DNA of 60,748 nucleotides, filler included, from Dugesia japonica (Eukaryota): NCBI GenBank assembly GCA_001938525.1. It is 6 parts of 6 records of this genome, joined end to end, with 100 filler letters (N's around TTAATTAATTAA, not from the genome) between each part and the next. Parts side by side here need not be neighbours in the genome. Positions count along the whole stretch, not along the records: positions 31,971 to 41,557 come from MQRL01462272.1; positions 41,658 to 51,425 come from MQRL01568888.1; 4 more parts are not named here. One strand, 5' to 3'. Shown piece by piece: positions 36,612 to 49,608 of this stretch (position 1 is its first letter; each line of letters starts with the position of its first letter). The notes under the pieces were generated by a model. It saw only the letters and a program-made list of their open reading frames with translations, ran no database searches and was not told where the DNA came from. The position numbers and the translations under genes were made by a program.

Positions 36612-37369
36612 CTAGAATAATTGTTGGACTTAAACATTGATCGCATTTGAGATTTCATTGAAATAATGAAAAAGCTTCTATTAAAATAAATTGTCTTCTT
36701 CAGGAATATAAAGACTTTTAATAGATTCAAACGATATTAGATCTATGTTACAAAATTCTTTTTTCTTTATCAAAATTTTATTCGTCTATTTAAATTATAA
36801 ATTTTAGTTTTAAATTAAGTAGAAAATTTTTTTAATTAAATCGAAAAATTTCTCAAATGTTTAATTATTTTTGATATTTTTTTTATAATTTTTATATATT
36901 TGAAATTTTAAAATTATTATTTTTTAATGACAATTATCATAAATTAGTATAATTTTATTCAATTAAATTTTTTATTATTATTGACTTTTATGTTAAATTT
37001 TTAAAACTATTTATATAATTTGACAATTTCCGGAAACTATTTGAAAGATTGGACCAAACATAAGCCTGATTCGACCTCACTTCAGCTAAATTCAACTAAA
37101 CCCACCTGATAAATATACCAAATCAAAATCACCGATCACTTAAAAAGCCTGAAAAAAATTACCGCTTAAATAGCTTGAAATTTGAAAAACAATTCGGTAA
37201 ACTATTAAAAAATTCGAGCAAGTTATGTAATACACATAAATTTACTCGTCACCTAAAAATTCTAAATTCGTACAGTTTATCCATTATGTAATAATTTCGC
37301 CGACTATTGTGTAATGTACACAAATATGTGCTGCCGAAAATTCATATTAGAAAATTGAAACTCACTAAC

Positions 37370-37422
37370 GTAATCAAGGGGGGTTTTGGTGTGCTGTGTC
37401 AGTGCTCCACTATCTACCTACT
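37370..37422 (-). repeat. Additional AGTAGGTAGATAGT-type terminus
   Basis: GTGCTCCACTATCTACCTACT at 37402-37422, preceded by a G run that mirrors the C run inside the 16063 copy. Confidence 0.55.
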
Positions 37423-37439
37423 ACATTCATAACGTTTTT

Positions 37440-38230
37440 CATCCGTAAGGCTGATTTAATATAAATTGTCTTTTTTTATTGGTAATCATGATCTCCGGGG
37501 GGCCCAATCTACTGATCCATACATTTTCAATCACACCTGCAATCACTTTTGTGGTTATCTCAATTAATTTTAGGCAAAATCTTCAGGCAAAAATCTTTCA
37601 CAGTTAACTATTATATGGATGAATCGCTTTCCCTCATATTGAGAAATTTGGCCAACAAAATTTACATGCATCACTTTGAATGGTCAAAAGTCCGGAGAAT
37701 GCTACAGTGGGGATTAAGTTGAAATCTATGGCATTGCCTTCTCCATTCTCAAATGTTCGATTTCATATTTAGCTGTGCGTAATGAGATTGAATGAGATCT
37801 GTTGTTTTCTTGGAGTTGAGATTAGAGTTGATATTTTGAGGCATAGCTTTTTGAAGGTATCTCGTAACAGCATGCTATTGTCTGCATCTTTGTAGTAAGG
37901 TTTAATCTCTTGTCTCCGTAGTTATTAAAGATGATCCGACGGTCTTTGATATACCAGAGGTTCAAAGAGAAACAGCCTATCCACGTAGTAAGAGGTTGGT
38001 TATAGCTTCTTGAAGATCTGTTTATTGTGTTTTGGAGTCAGTATTAAAAATTTCTTAGGACTGCTGACGGTTAGTTTGTGTCGAAATGGTGTATTTTTGG
38101 AATCTTTCATTGAGATCCTTGCAGATTGTTTTAACCTACTTAAACCAGTTTGGCGAACATTCGAAGTATTGTGGAAATTTTGTTGTGATTTGTTTGCTCT
38201 CATACCAACCACTTCTGATACCATTGTTAT
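37440..38230 (-). mobile_element. Heavily deleted Gypsy relic (LTR end, PBS, integrase core fragment)
   Basis: Minus-strand TAACA-A-TGGTATCAGAAGTGG (PBS 38209-38223, tRNA-Leu(CAA)-like). Integrase-like PFKVMHVNFVGQI...GKRFIHIIVN and VWISRLGPPEIMITN..RQF at about 37465-37690. Confidence 0.65.
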
Positions 38231-39714
38231 GTTCGTGCAATTTCAATTCCATAAATTAAACTTGAATGTAAATATTTATTAAAGTAAAATTTCTATTTGT
38301 TTTTTAAAGAATATTATTTAAAGAAAAATGATTTTGTTTAAAGTCTAGTTTTAAATTAAAATGAAATATGATTAAAAGGCAGTTTACAATTATTGTAATA
38401 AATATTATTTGGATTTGAGTCACTTGGGTTCAACAACCAAAGATTATAAAATTACATTATTTCCTTACCAAACGTAATAAACGTCTAACATTAAAAATAG
38501 CTTGCAAATGTTTGTTTATTTAATAACTCTCATTCAGTGAAACATTAGGACAAAAATTAAATACAAACTTGAATTTGCAAATTTAAAATACTAAAGAAAT
38601 TGAATATAGTTGAATTGTCTTTGGATAAAGGAGATAAAAAAAAATAATAGCTTGTTACAAGTTATTTATATAAAGCTTATTAAGTCATCATCTAACACTA
38701 TAGAATCAACTGTCAAATGATGCGGAAAAAACTCGAAATAAATACACAAAATAAGTGGCGTCTTTGGTCAATGTAAATTAGTAGAAGTAACAAAAAAAGA
38801 CAACTAATTTTTTTTATTTATTAGAATTAAAATATATTGCAATATATGTTGCAAACCACCAAAAAAGAAAATTATTTATAAAATATATTATGCCAATAAC
38901 TGTTAATACTAACAATAAATCACCACCCTAACGCCTTTTTTAAATTTCTAAAATTCAATTCAATAATACATGCTGTATATTTTTACAGAAATAAATCAAA
39001 TTTGAAAATAGAAATATAATCCAAATATTTTAAATTTAACTTAAAAATAAGAATCACTACTTACAAATAGAACTATTTGTGAAAACTATTTTAAAATAAA
39101 TAGATATTTTATTATTTATGTATAATCATAAAAAAAGCAATGAAAATAGATTGTTATTTTTTTGATTATTTTCCCGGTAGAAAATTCTTAAAATTTATAT
39201 AATATTTTCTCGTTTTTTTGTAGCCATATTTTATTCACCAGTGATAAGAAAGATAAATCTGACAATTTTCTATGAATTAATTAATGACTTACACCTTTAT
39301 TGTTGACAAATAAATGATTTCTGAAAACAGCAGAATTCTTAGAAAGTATCGGTTAAAAATTGAACGAAAACAGAATAGAAAATATATTTAAAATTTCTAA
39401 TTAATATTTTTATGTTTTGTTATCTTTTAATAAATTAATTCTATTAGAAAATTTTCATTAAATTTTACTTTTAATGTTTTTTATTTTCTATAAATCATTT
39501 GAATTTTAATTTAAATATTTCAAATAAAAAAAAATTTTTAATGATTATTTATTTTTTAAATCTAAAATAAAAAATACTAATTAATTTTACAAGAATAAAT
39601 GATATGAAGTTTTTTTAATTATAAAATAATATCAGAAATAAAAATAATCGTGTAAAATTAAATTAATTGATTACACATATTCTTGTTATTTTTAAATATT
39701 TTCCTTCCTCTTAA

Positions 39715-41557
39715 TCTTCCTTATATTTTTGTTATTAATTCTTGAAACGTTCTAGGTGCTGCAGTTATACCAAAAGGCATGCTTGTGAAACAATACTGTT
39801 CATTTTTCGCAGAAAATGCTGTTTTCTCTTGTGAATCTTTATCAAACGAAACTTGATAGTATGCATTACCCAAATCAATAGTACTAAAATATCTTGCATC
39901 ACTCAAATTAACTAGTATTTCTTCTACATTGGGCCTCAGAAATGCCTGTCTTTCTGTAATTGCATTCAGTTTTTTTCTAAATTCTGGACTCTCTTACTTT
40001 TTTTCTCTCTTTTTATCCAAACACATATTAACGGGGTGTTCCATTGTGAATTACACTTCCTAATAATGCCATTGCCAAACAAACTCTTGATAGCTTCATC
40101 TATCTTATTCTCTAAGTGCATTGGTTTTCTCCGTGGTTTTGTATTTATTAGTTCTTCATTTGTGATTATTTGATGTTCTGCCATTGTTGTTCGGTCGATA
40201 TTCCAGTTGTCTGTCAATTGTACTTATCTACTTGTTTATCTTCCTTTCTTTTATTTATATAATTATGTATAAACCTTTTACTATACTGCGATTTTTTCGG
40301 ATACTTAATTCAACGCTCCGACAATCTCGATTTCGGTCAGAGCTTGGCCATTTGGGTATTCATCTTGATAAATATTTGATCTTTCATTACAATAGTGGCC
40401 TTTGTCTTCTCTACATGCACAATCTTTTCCATTTTCTCAATTGAATTAGCATAATTTTCATTTCTTTTTGTGTAATTATTCGTATTGTTTGAATAATAGC
40501 TTTTTTTGCCATTTCTGAATTCTTTTCTGGCTTGATTACATTTATTCTGATAAATAAACTGTCTGTTCATATTTATGTAACAGTACTCTGTGTGATGATT
40601 TCTTTTGTTGCATCTTGAGCAACTAGCTTTGATACAGTCTCTTCTTAAATGTTGTTATGATCCACAAGCATAGCAATTTTTTTCTTGACAATTTCTGCTT
40701 ACATGATCTTGTTTGTTACAATTCTAACAAGTGATTTCTCATCTTTCGTTGATTCTGTTTTGTTGTATTCCTTCATTATGACTTTTGTTAAAATGTCTTT
40801 ATTCTGGACTTCTGCGAACAGCATCTGTGTAGTTACGAACTACATTTATTTCTTCAGTTTTATGTCTTCCCAATCTTTTATTGCTTTAAATACATTTTCT
40901 ACTCTTTCTATTTCTCCTGATTTGATTACATGTTAAATCTTTCTGTCAATGCAAAAATTCATTATTAGCTCTTTTATTAAGTCATCTTTGTTCTATTTAT
41001 GAGCCATTGACATTTCTACCATTTCTTCTATCTTCTTCTTATACTCACATACTCTCTATTCCTTCGACAATTTAGAATTTCCACCATATCTTTAAGAATT
41101 GTCGATGGTCTAAAGTAATTCTTTCTGAATCTTTCTTCAAATTTTAATGCTTCGTTTTCATTTTCATAGATTACGCGCAGTTCTTTATCTATGAAAGCAA
41201 GTACANNNNNNNNNNNNNNNNNNNNNNNNNNNNNNNNNNNNNNNNNNNNNNNNNNNNNNNNNNNNNNNNNNNNNNNNNNNNNNNNNNNNNNNNNNNNNNN
41301 NNNNNNNNNNNNNNNNNNTTTAGCAAATTCAATGATGTGTTAGTCGCCATATTAGTTAAATTCAAAATCTCTTAACTCTCCATAAATTTGTATAGATTAT
41401 TAAAAGTTTTTTGATTAAAGTGAAAAATTATGAAGAACAATTCACAGTATTTAAACAAATAATCTGAGAAATTTTAATAAAATATTTTTTTAAAAATATC
41501 GATTTTTTAAATTCCAAAATACTTTTATTTTACCTGTATCTTTAATTATTTTTAAAC
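39715..41557 (-). mobile_element. Gypsy relic (5' LTR part, PBS-like site, gag with three knuckles, N-terminal RT)
   Basis: RT: GIIRKCNSQWNTPL and YFSTIDLGNAYYQV...KTAF...MPFG. Knuckles CNKQDHVSRNC, CYACGS*QHLRRDC and CSRCNKRNHHTEYC at about 40575-40725. TGGCGACT PBS-like site at 41342-41349 next to a probable LTR end. Confidence 0.88.
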
Positions 41558-41657
41558 NNNNNNNNNNNNNNNNNNNNNNNNNNNNNNNNNNNNNNNNNNN
41601 NTTAATTAATTAANNNNNNNNNNNNNNNNNNNNNNNNNNNNNNNNNNNNNNNNNNNN
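41558..41657. other. Artificial scaffold-joining spacer
   Basis: TTAATTAATTAA at 41602-41613 inside a 100-bp N block. Confidence 0.95.
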
Positions 41658-41699
41658 GATCATCTACAAGTAACAACCAACCATTTCATACAGCATACA

Positions 41700-42890
41700 T
41701 GCAGAGTACCACCTCAAAAACAGTAACAAAATTATATAATAACATTCAAAATTATGTCTTCCCCGACAAATCGTCCGAACCTTTAATCGCATCATTCACC
41801 CATTTACCGCCCATACCAAATTCACTGAAAAATAACACATTCGATATTCTAACTACGAGGACAAGACAGTAATACAAACATTGCCTGAAATTATCAAAGA
41901 AAGTATTATAATTGACGATACCGGCAGCTCGGAATTAGAAGACGACAGCATTGCTTCAAGTGAAACGGAAATGAGTTCTGATGACAAATTAATTGAAATT
42001 GCTAATAAAGAGACTGTACTAAAGAATACAAGAGACATCAACCAACTGNATGATGTAACAATCGATGAAGTAAGATATAAGAAACAACATTCCTTTTTTC
42101 CATCAAACAGATATCCCAGAAATAGGTGATCTTGTTGGTAAATATAACAACATTACAATACAGAGAGATGTCATATCAATCAGCAACATCAAAAACCACA
42201 TGTACCTTGCTAAAGTAGCGCAATATATAAAGAAAGACACTGATGACATCATGATACATCTCGATTCCGAATTACGACGATTTAACCACCACATCAAAAT
42301 TGAAGATAGATTTACCTTTTTACAGCCGTTCCGTAAGACCAAAGCTGACCCTCAGTTCAATTTGATACATCATAGAAACATACTTTCCCCACGACTTTAC
42401 TATCAAACAGGTCGTTATCACAACCTTTTCCTAGACAGTCAACAACAACGTGATCTGCTTAATCTATCCCTTTTAGAAATGCCTTAAGAATTTTCCGAAA
42501 AAAAGTCACATCGGTTCAAATGGACACCATAGATGTCGGTTATGGAGAAAAATAACAGAAAAATAACAACGCTAAAAATTGAAATAGAAGCTGCAAAATC
42601 GATCGGTCAATTATCCCGTACATGTCCCTTGTTCAATCATCTTAGAAAGGTTATCAGAAAGGATAAAGAGGAACGAAAATTCCTAGCCCAAATGGCCGAA
42701 CAAAATAGCCGAATCAAAACAAAGAAGCAGCCTGAAAAAATTTACAACGACGAAACAATCTATCTTTGCATGTCTTTTCTCGACCTACTTCTCCATACCC
42801 TAATATCCTGATGTAGAGAATGACTTTAACCCCTGTATATTTAATGAACCTTGTACCAATACAATCCCTTCTGGCTTACATGATATAAGT
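41700..42890 (+). pseudogene. Disrupted intronless ORF of unknown function, probably mobile-element cargo
   Basis: Three consecutive coding-like ORF pieces (41881, 42200, 42533) separated by a frameshift and stops. No domain recognised. Confidence 0.4.
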
Positions 42891-43699
42891 TGACCTTTCT
42901 TTACTTTATTTACTTCACAAGATGCAGGAGCATCTTTTTCTGAAGAAGGGACATTTGTTGAGGAAAGCTCATAAATAAAATAATATACTAACAACATACA
43001 TAAACACAAACAAACACACAAGTTCATTCGATTCAATAACAATCCAGCTGCTCAAGTCAAACAATCAAACAAATCAAACTAATCAGACTTTTATATTTGA
43101 ATTTTATTTTTTCACAAATTCTGACATCAGACTTTTTATATATTTAACTTTTATTTATTGATCTTTTGTATTTGAATTTTTATTGACATCAGTTTTCTTT
43201 TATGTAAAAATTTTATGTAAAAATTTCATTTTTATAACCCTCATTTTAAATTCTTATATAAGGTCTAAAACTTCTAAAGTTGCAGACCAAAGAAAAAATA
43301 TTAACTTGAGAAACTTTGTAAATTATTGTTAAACTTTAATAAAGCCTTTTAAGTAATTACTTTATTTATCTGCATAAGTAATACTATATAGTATATTTAT
43401 ACGATATTGCTATATTTATATTAATCATATTTAGGAAAGTCATATATAAAATATATTCAGATTTCATATTCAAATTTCTTACAAAACTAAACTCAAGATC
43501 TTGTTGATTTGCATTTGCAAATCCCAAAGACATTTCAAGATACGCTATCTATTGAAATTTCTTTAGTTTCATCAAATTCTTTGCTGCTTTTTATTTTTTT
43601 CAGTTCGCATATTGTGGTTGTTAAACACATTTCCTATATTACTTTTCTTATTTTCAAGTTTGATATTTTGAGTTTGATTTACATGTATTACCAAAAATA

Positions 43700-44062
43700 A
43701 TTTATAGTCATAATGGATTAAATGGAGCAAGATCTGTACATGTATCATTTGAAAATTCAGTGAAATTATGTCTATTGAAACAAAAACCGAAAGTAATTAA
43801 AAAACCAAAATATAAAGTTGGTGATCATGTTAGAATGTCAAAGATATCAGCTTCATTATTCATCAAGAACTTGGATAGTAATTGGAGCGACGAAGTGTTT
43901 CAAATATCTAAAATCAATACCAAACAGAATCCAATCATGTATGTGATTAAAGACTATGAAGATAATATCATTTAAGACAAATTCTATGAACAAGAATTAC
44001 AAGTTATTCCACAGCTAACAGTATTTGGAATAGAAAATACTATAAGACTAAAGGGAATAGCA
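43700..44062 (+). pseudogene. Polinton integrase C-terminal region
   Basis: PKYKVGDHVRMSK...FIKNLDSNWSDEVFQI...PIMYVIKD...FYEQELQ...IENTIKTKG, the typical C-terminal signature of Polinton/Maverick integrases. Confidence 0.88.
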
Positions 44063-44093
44063 TCTCAAATCGTAAATTCAAAAAAGAAGAAAA

Positions 44094-44267
44094 ATGAGAA
44101 AAACGAATAATTTCTATACACTATTACCGAGAAATAGTTGTTCACTTATTCATCTTGATAATAATGCTAGTAATTTCATTGTTGAGCTTCCAAATCCAAT
44201 TTATATGGAAGGTCAATGTGAAGTGGCTTATGGATTTCACTTTTGTATACTCAGCTTTTCCGTTTGA
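44094..44267 (+). pseudogene. Polinton minor capsid (penton-like) protein, N-terminal fragment
   Basis: MRKTNNFYTLLPRNSC...NNASNFIVELPNPIYMEGQCEVA matches FY.TLPSNS....NT.S.F...LP..I.L.G.WEVAL. It directly follows the integrase and is frameshifted afterwards. Confidence 0.72.
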
Positions 44268-47200
44268 TAGTAAATCCAATACTGAATACGTAACAGGAAA
44301 AGATGAGTGGAATGAAATGTTAATCACAATTGATAATAAAGAAAAACGATAGGCCAGGAATAAATTTATATATGGAGAAAATGACCTCAAAACCTAGCCA
44401 ACCAACATTTGTTCCAGTGACAGCCTATTAGAACCTTTGAAACCGAAGGGCAGGTTGCAACGGACAACTGGCCACTGCCACTAATTGATCTAGAACCGAC
44501 CAAGCATAGCAGGGAAAAAATGCAATGAGGTAGTTGAAATTTCTCAGCTCAGGAGACAAAATATTGAATATGCTTGGAAGGATGAATCCCAGGGCATGCA
44601 GATTCGGAAATTGGAAGCTGAATTGGAATAAAGTTAAGAATGTAAAATATGTTAATTTCAAAAGTATAAATTCAAAGTTACTTTAAGATTCATAAATGTG
44701 AATGAAGATTTAATTGGATATAAATATTAGGTAATATTAGTAATATTAATTAATATTAGGTAATATTAATAAAATGAACTGTGGGACATAACCAGTGGCG
44801 TGAAAATTGATGGCCACGATGGAGGGCCTGCTGGGTGCTTAGGTTGGTGTGTGAAAGATCGCGATCCGATCATATTAATAAAAGTCCGTGATTGGGGGTG
44901 GAAGATACTCATAGAACCTAGAAAGAAAGAAAATTAATAAATTGATAAATTAAAAATAGAGAAGTAATTACCGAAAGTAAAATAATAATTAATTAATTAA
45001 AAACAAGCTGTTATTTTACTATCACTTATATAGTGATTTTCCACATTAATTATTATGTCCAGGAAAATATCGATGACAGATCAATTAATCAAAAAATTTA
45101 ATAGGAAAAGTTTTATTTTGATTTAAAAAAGAAAAATAATAATAACAAATAAATAAATAATAATTAATTCATTATCAAAATTAAGTAGACCAATTATAAT
45201 TCAAATTATTATTATTATTATTATTATTATTGTTATCAATATTATCATTATCGTTATTATTACTACTATTGCCATTATTATATTTTTTATATCAACGCTG
45301 TATTATATTATTCGTGGTGTAATATAAATAAATTGAATTAAATAATAATTGTACCGTAATACAAGGGTAACTAAATTCATAAATAATAGCTAAATGATGT
45401 GTGAAGCATCACTCAAATAAGCTTTTGAAAATTGAATCATTTAAAAATATAACAGTGAGGATATAGTTTCGCTTAGGTAAGATCGAAACTAAAATGGGTG
45501 GATATGTGGTGGAATAGATAAATAAAAACTTAAATAAAATAAATTAAGTAATATTGGAAATAAGCCGTATGAAATAAAAATTGGGGATTATATACAAAAT
45601 AATAACTGAATTTGTAAATTTAATTTTCAAGTTAAAAAAAATGATGAGTAAATTACAACGTTTGTAAAGAATACTGGAATTGCATAATTTATAGAATAAT
45701 AAATGAAAAATGATATTAAAAAGAAAGATTATTAAAATATTAACAATAGGAAACATTGAGGCAGAATTTTAAGAAAAATATTTATAATATTAATTAAAAT
45801 AAATTAACAATAATAAGAATAAAATTATTATTGAGTTAATAAATTTTGTTTGATTTGAATTATAATTCAAGAGATTTTAGGTAGGATCAGAAGCCTCAGA
45901 TGGACTTTTATCTGAACAAGGAGCAGATTTAATATAAAGTTTACAAAAGAATAATTTTGTAATTTAGCGAGCTTAAGTGTTGGAAACCCCAACAAAATTT
46001 TGGAAACCAAACGTGAAACAAATTCAACTAGAAAATTATTACTTCGAGGTAATCTCTCGTCACCTGATTTCTACAACGGTTGCCGACTCAGAATAATCTA
46101 CCAGAGAATGGTTGAAGAAGTAACTAATGAGATAATTCNTATGTGCTTGCTCCAGATCGAGATGCAGTCCATGTTAGTTTTTAGTTTTATTGATGTAATT
46201 TTAATTTAATGTGTAATGGATGGAATTAACAATAATATAACTTACCATAACCAGATTTATTTTATTTAATGTGATTTTATTTTATTCAAATTCTTTTGTT
46301 AACTGATTAGAACTAAAACTAACTCCCCTTTTAGGCACTAGGTAATAAGTAAAATGATAAATTAAAAACGTTCATACCAGGAACAACTACCTAACATATT
46401 ATGGTTCTCCACTCAGGAAAAATTAAAACTGGGATTTTTCAACTAGATTAACTTCTCTTTTCTAGTAAANNNNNNNNNNNNNNNNNNNNNNNNNNNNNNN
46501 NNNNNNNNNNNNNNNNNNNNCGAATGGGGAGGTTATGTAATAATGGTGTTGATGACAAATCATGCGGATATAATTTACAGTTTATTGACAATATTTAATT
46601 GATCACAAGGAGGGATAAAAAATCTGGACCTCAGGATAACACTAAGCTCACATGGCACTTAACTTTCGCTCATGACTTTCAAATTTTACCACAATATTCG
46701 TCACTTTATTACTTGATCACATACCCAAACTCCCACTCATCATAACGGGTATTGATATGGAGAAACATTTCTTAAAGATAGATATTCAATGCAAAGTACT
46801 GACACCATTGATCAATAGAGATTAAGTAGTTCTAAAGTTCAAGCAAGTATTATGAAATATGGACCCAAACTAAAGGAATGCGAGTCTGTACTCGGATTCT
46901 GAGTCAACGACTCAATTCCGAAGATCTGGATTTTTTGGGGACGCCAGATTAAATTCTTCGTGTGGTTTAACTAGGTCGATCACCCTTGACATAATGACGA
47001 AAAAATCAACCCACTTAGTTAAAACCCCAACATTAGGACAAACCAGTGAAAAATTTGTCGTGAGACCAGAAAAGTGCATCTAACAGTTTACCAATGCGAA
47101 TTGCTTTTGTGTGACGAGGCGCTTTCGGTAATTACAATCAAGTAAATACCGTTTCTGGTGATGGGGTAGTCGAGACACCCAGTAGCTCCTGCTACGTGAC

Positions 47201-49608
47201 ATGCATAAGAGTAGATCATACCGATCGTGGCTTTTGAAACGTGCCCAGCACTCCTTGATCGTTGGTGCTCCGGTATCCTAGTATATTTTGGTTCAGTATA
47301 TCTCCATTTAATCGAAAGTCTCACTGGAGTCTCAGTGGAGGACTTTGAACGGACTTTGGAAATCCAAGATGTGCGAACTTTAAAAGAGGAGCAGGAGGAC
47401 GAGGATGAACGAGTGGAGGAGCTCTGGATTTTACATGAGATTATGNGATTGAGTAAGCCAATCGATCCCGTCAGTTTTGTCTAAATAATCATAATTGTGT
47501 TTTCTTGAGATGCAATATGTATGTCACTATTTATTAATTATGCGTCTCGATTCGGGTTGCAGAGGAACTCAAGAGAAGTTAGAGTACTGCCTGTTATTAA
47601 GGATTGATGAGTATTTATTTGCACATAAGTTTGACAATAATAAACACCACAGCTCAGATTAGTACATTATCACGAATATTGCTTTATTTTTATAAATCAT
47701 TGAAAACTAATTATATTTGATTTTGTTGATTATGGTGAATAAGACCCCAGAAGCTCAATCGTCGATAAAGGAGATGTGCTCAGATCATGTAAGGTTGTTA
47801 AAATTGAGTTATTTTAACATGCGCATTATTTGTAATAATGTTCTTTTTTAACTGCGCATTGAATTTAATGATTTATTTTATTAATTTAATGTTCGCTTTT
47901 AACAACTTCCGTTTATTATGATTATTATTATTCATGCTTTCAGTAATTAGTTTGGTAAACAATTTAGTAAATAAATTGGTTAATCATTTCAGTAAATACT
48001 TTTGTAAATTTTGTGATAACATTTAGTAAACAAGTTGATTAAAGTAAAGGATTTTAGTAACTATTTTTTTTAACATTAGAGTAATTTTTTGAGTAAATGA
48101 TCTTGCACTAAAGATTTAGTTTGGATAATTTTTATTGGTTATGATAATTAGTTATGCTTGTTTAATAAAATAATTTTAAATCGACTAGTAAAAATTAAAG
48201 TTGTACGTTAAGTATCGGCAGTAAAGTAATTTATTGTTGAAAATGAGATGATACAAGCAGGCTGAGAAGTAGGAAACAAGCACGCATTCAAATAAATAAT
48301 GATGATAAATTGCAGGATGATAATATATATGGTCATAAATTAACAAATAAAAGTAAAAGAAAATAATTATTAAATAAAATGATGACTGCTCTAAGTATAA
48401 AGGGATAGAATTAAAAATAAAACTGATATGGTTAATAAAATAATTATGCTAATTCAAAAAATAAATGATAAGATTCGGAAAAAAAAATTATCGAATCTGT
48501 GGCTATATTTTTTGTAAAACGATTTACTGCGGAAGTAGAAACATTACTGAAACTGCTAAATATGTAGCACAAGAAAAACATAAAATTAAAGAAAANACTT
48601 TATATTTTCAAAATGAAATTATATTAAAGTCTCACGAAACAGATGAAAACATTAGGAATTTAGTTAACATTTGAAAGGAAAAAATGACTCCTCAATATGA
48701 AATGCTGTTTTGGTTCCAAATATTTCTTCAAATCTGTATTTTCCGCAAAGAATAGTATAAAGTCAGATCTTATTCTTAATATTGTAAATGTTGCTGATTG
48801 TTTACGATTAGGATTATCATTTTGCATTCAAAATAGTGAAAAATTAGCTAATGAAATGCCAACAATTTCAATAATTCAACTTTCATAATAAATATATTAC
48901 ATGTTACAATTAACATATTCTACAGAATTCTGCTTTTACACGATAGTTATGTTGCAAAAGTATATATATAAATCTAAATAAAAAATCGGTTCAGACTTTG
49001 AAACAACGGGGAAAAGGCTGTTTATCCCGGAGGGGTTAGTACTTATAGTTCCCAAATTTATATGATTGGAACTATTATACAATTTATTTCTTTAGTTACT
49101 CATAATTGTCAGTAATAACTGAATATCTAATTAAATATCAGCGTTCCTGAATGAGTGAATTTAGTGTTTATTATTTCAGATTCATTATAAGGTTATTCAA
49201 TCATATTTGACAATTAATTATGTAAGAGGTATAATTGAATCTATCTTAAATCTTTACGATGTGTAAAGCTAATACCATTCATCATTTCTCATCATTTTAA
49301 ATTCGTACTCGATTAATTTATAACTATTTTTATGTAAACACTAGTTAGAATTCTAAGATTGCTAGTAATCGTAATACTAGTATTAATTGACTTACAGATT
49401 TCATTTTTGTCATAATTGTTTTGACATAATTGTTTTGTGATGTTTCTTTATAATATGCAATTCTATCTTAAAATAATTCATTAGTATGTTTTTTCATTAT
49501 ATTTTATTAATTATTATTTATATAATTTTGATTGGATTAAAATTAATAGAATTTAATTAAACGTTTCTATTATTACAAATTTATTGAAATAAAAGCAAAA
49601 AGGCAATA

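Noticed and set aside
10334-44267. A single complete Polinton assembled from the protease, pPolB, integrase and capsid pieces
   Set aside because: The pieces lie on four different scaffolds separated by artificial spacers.
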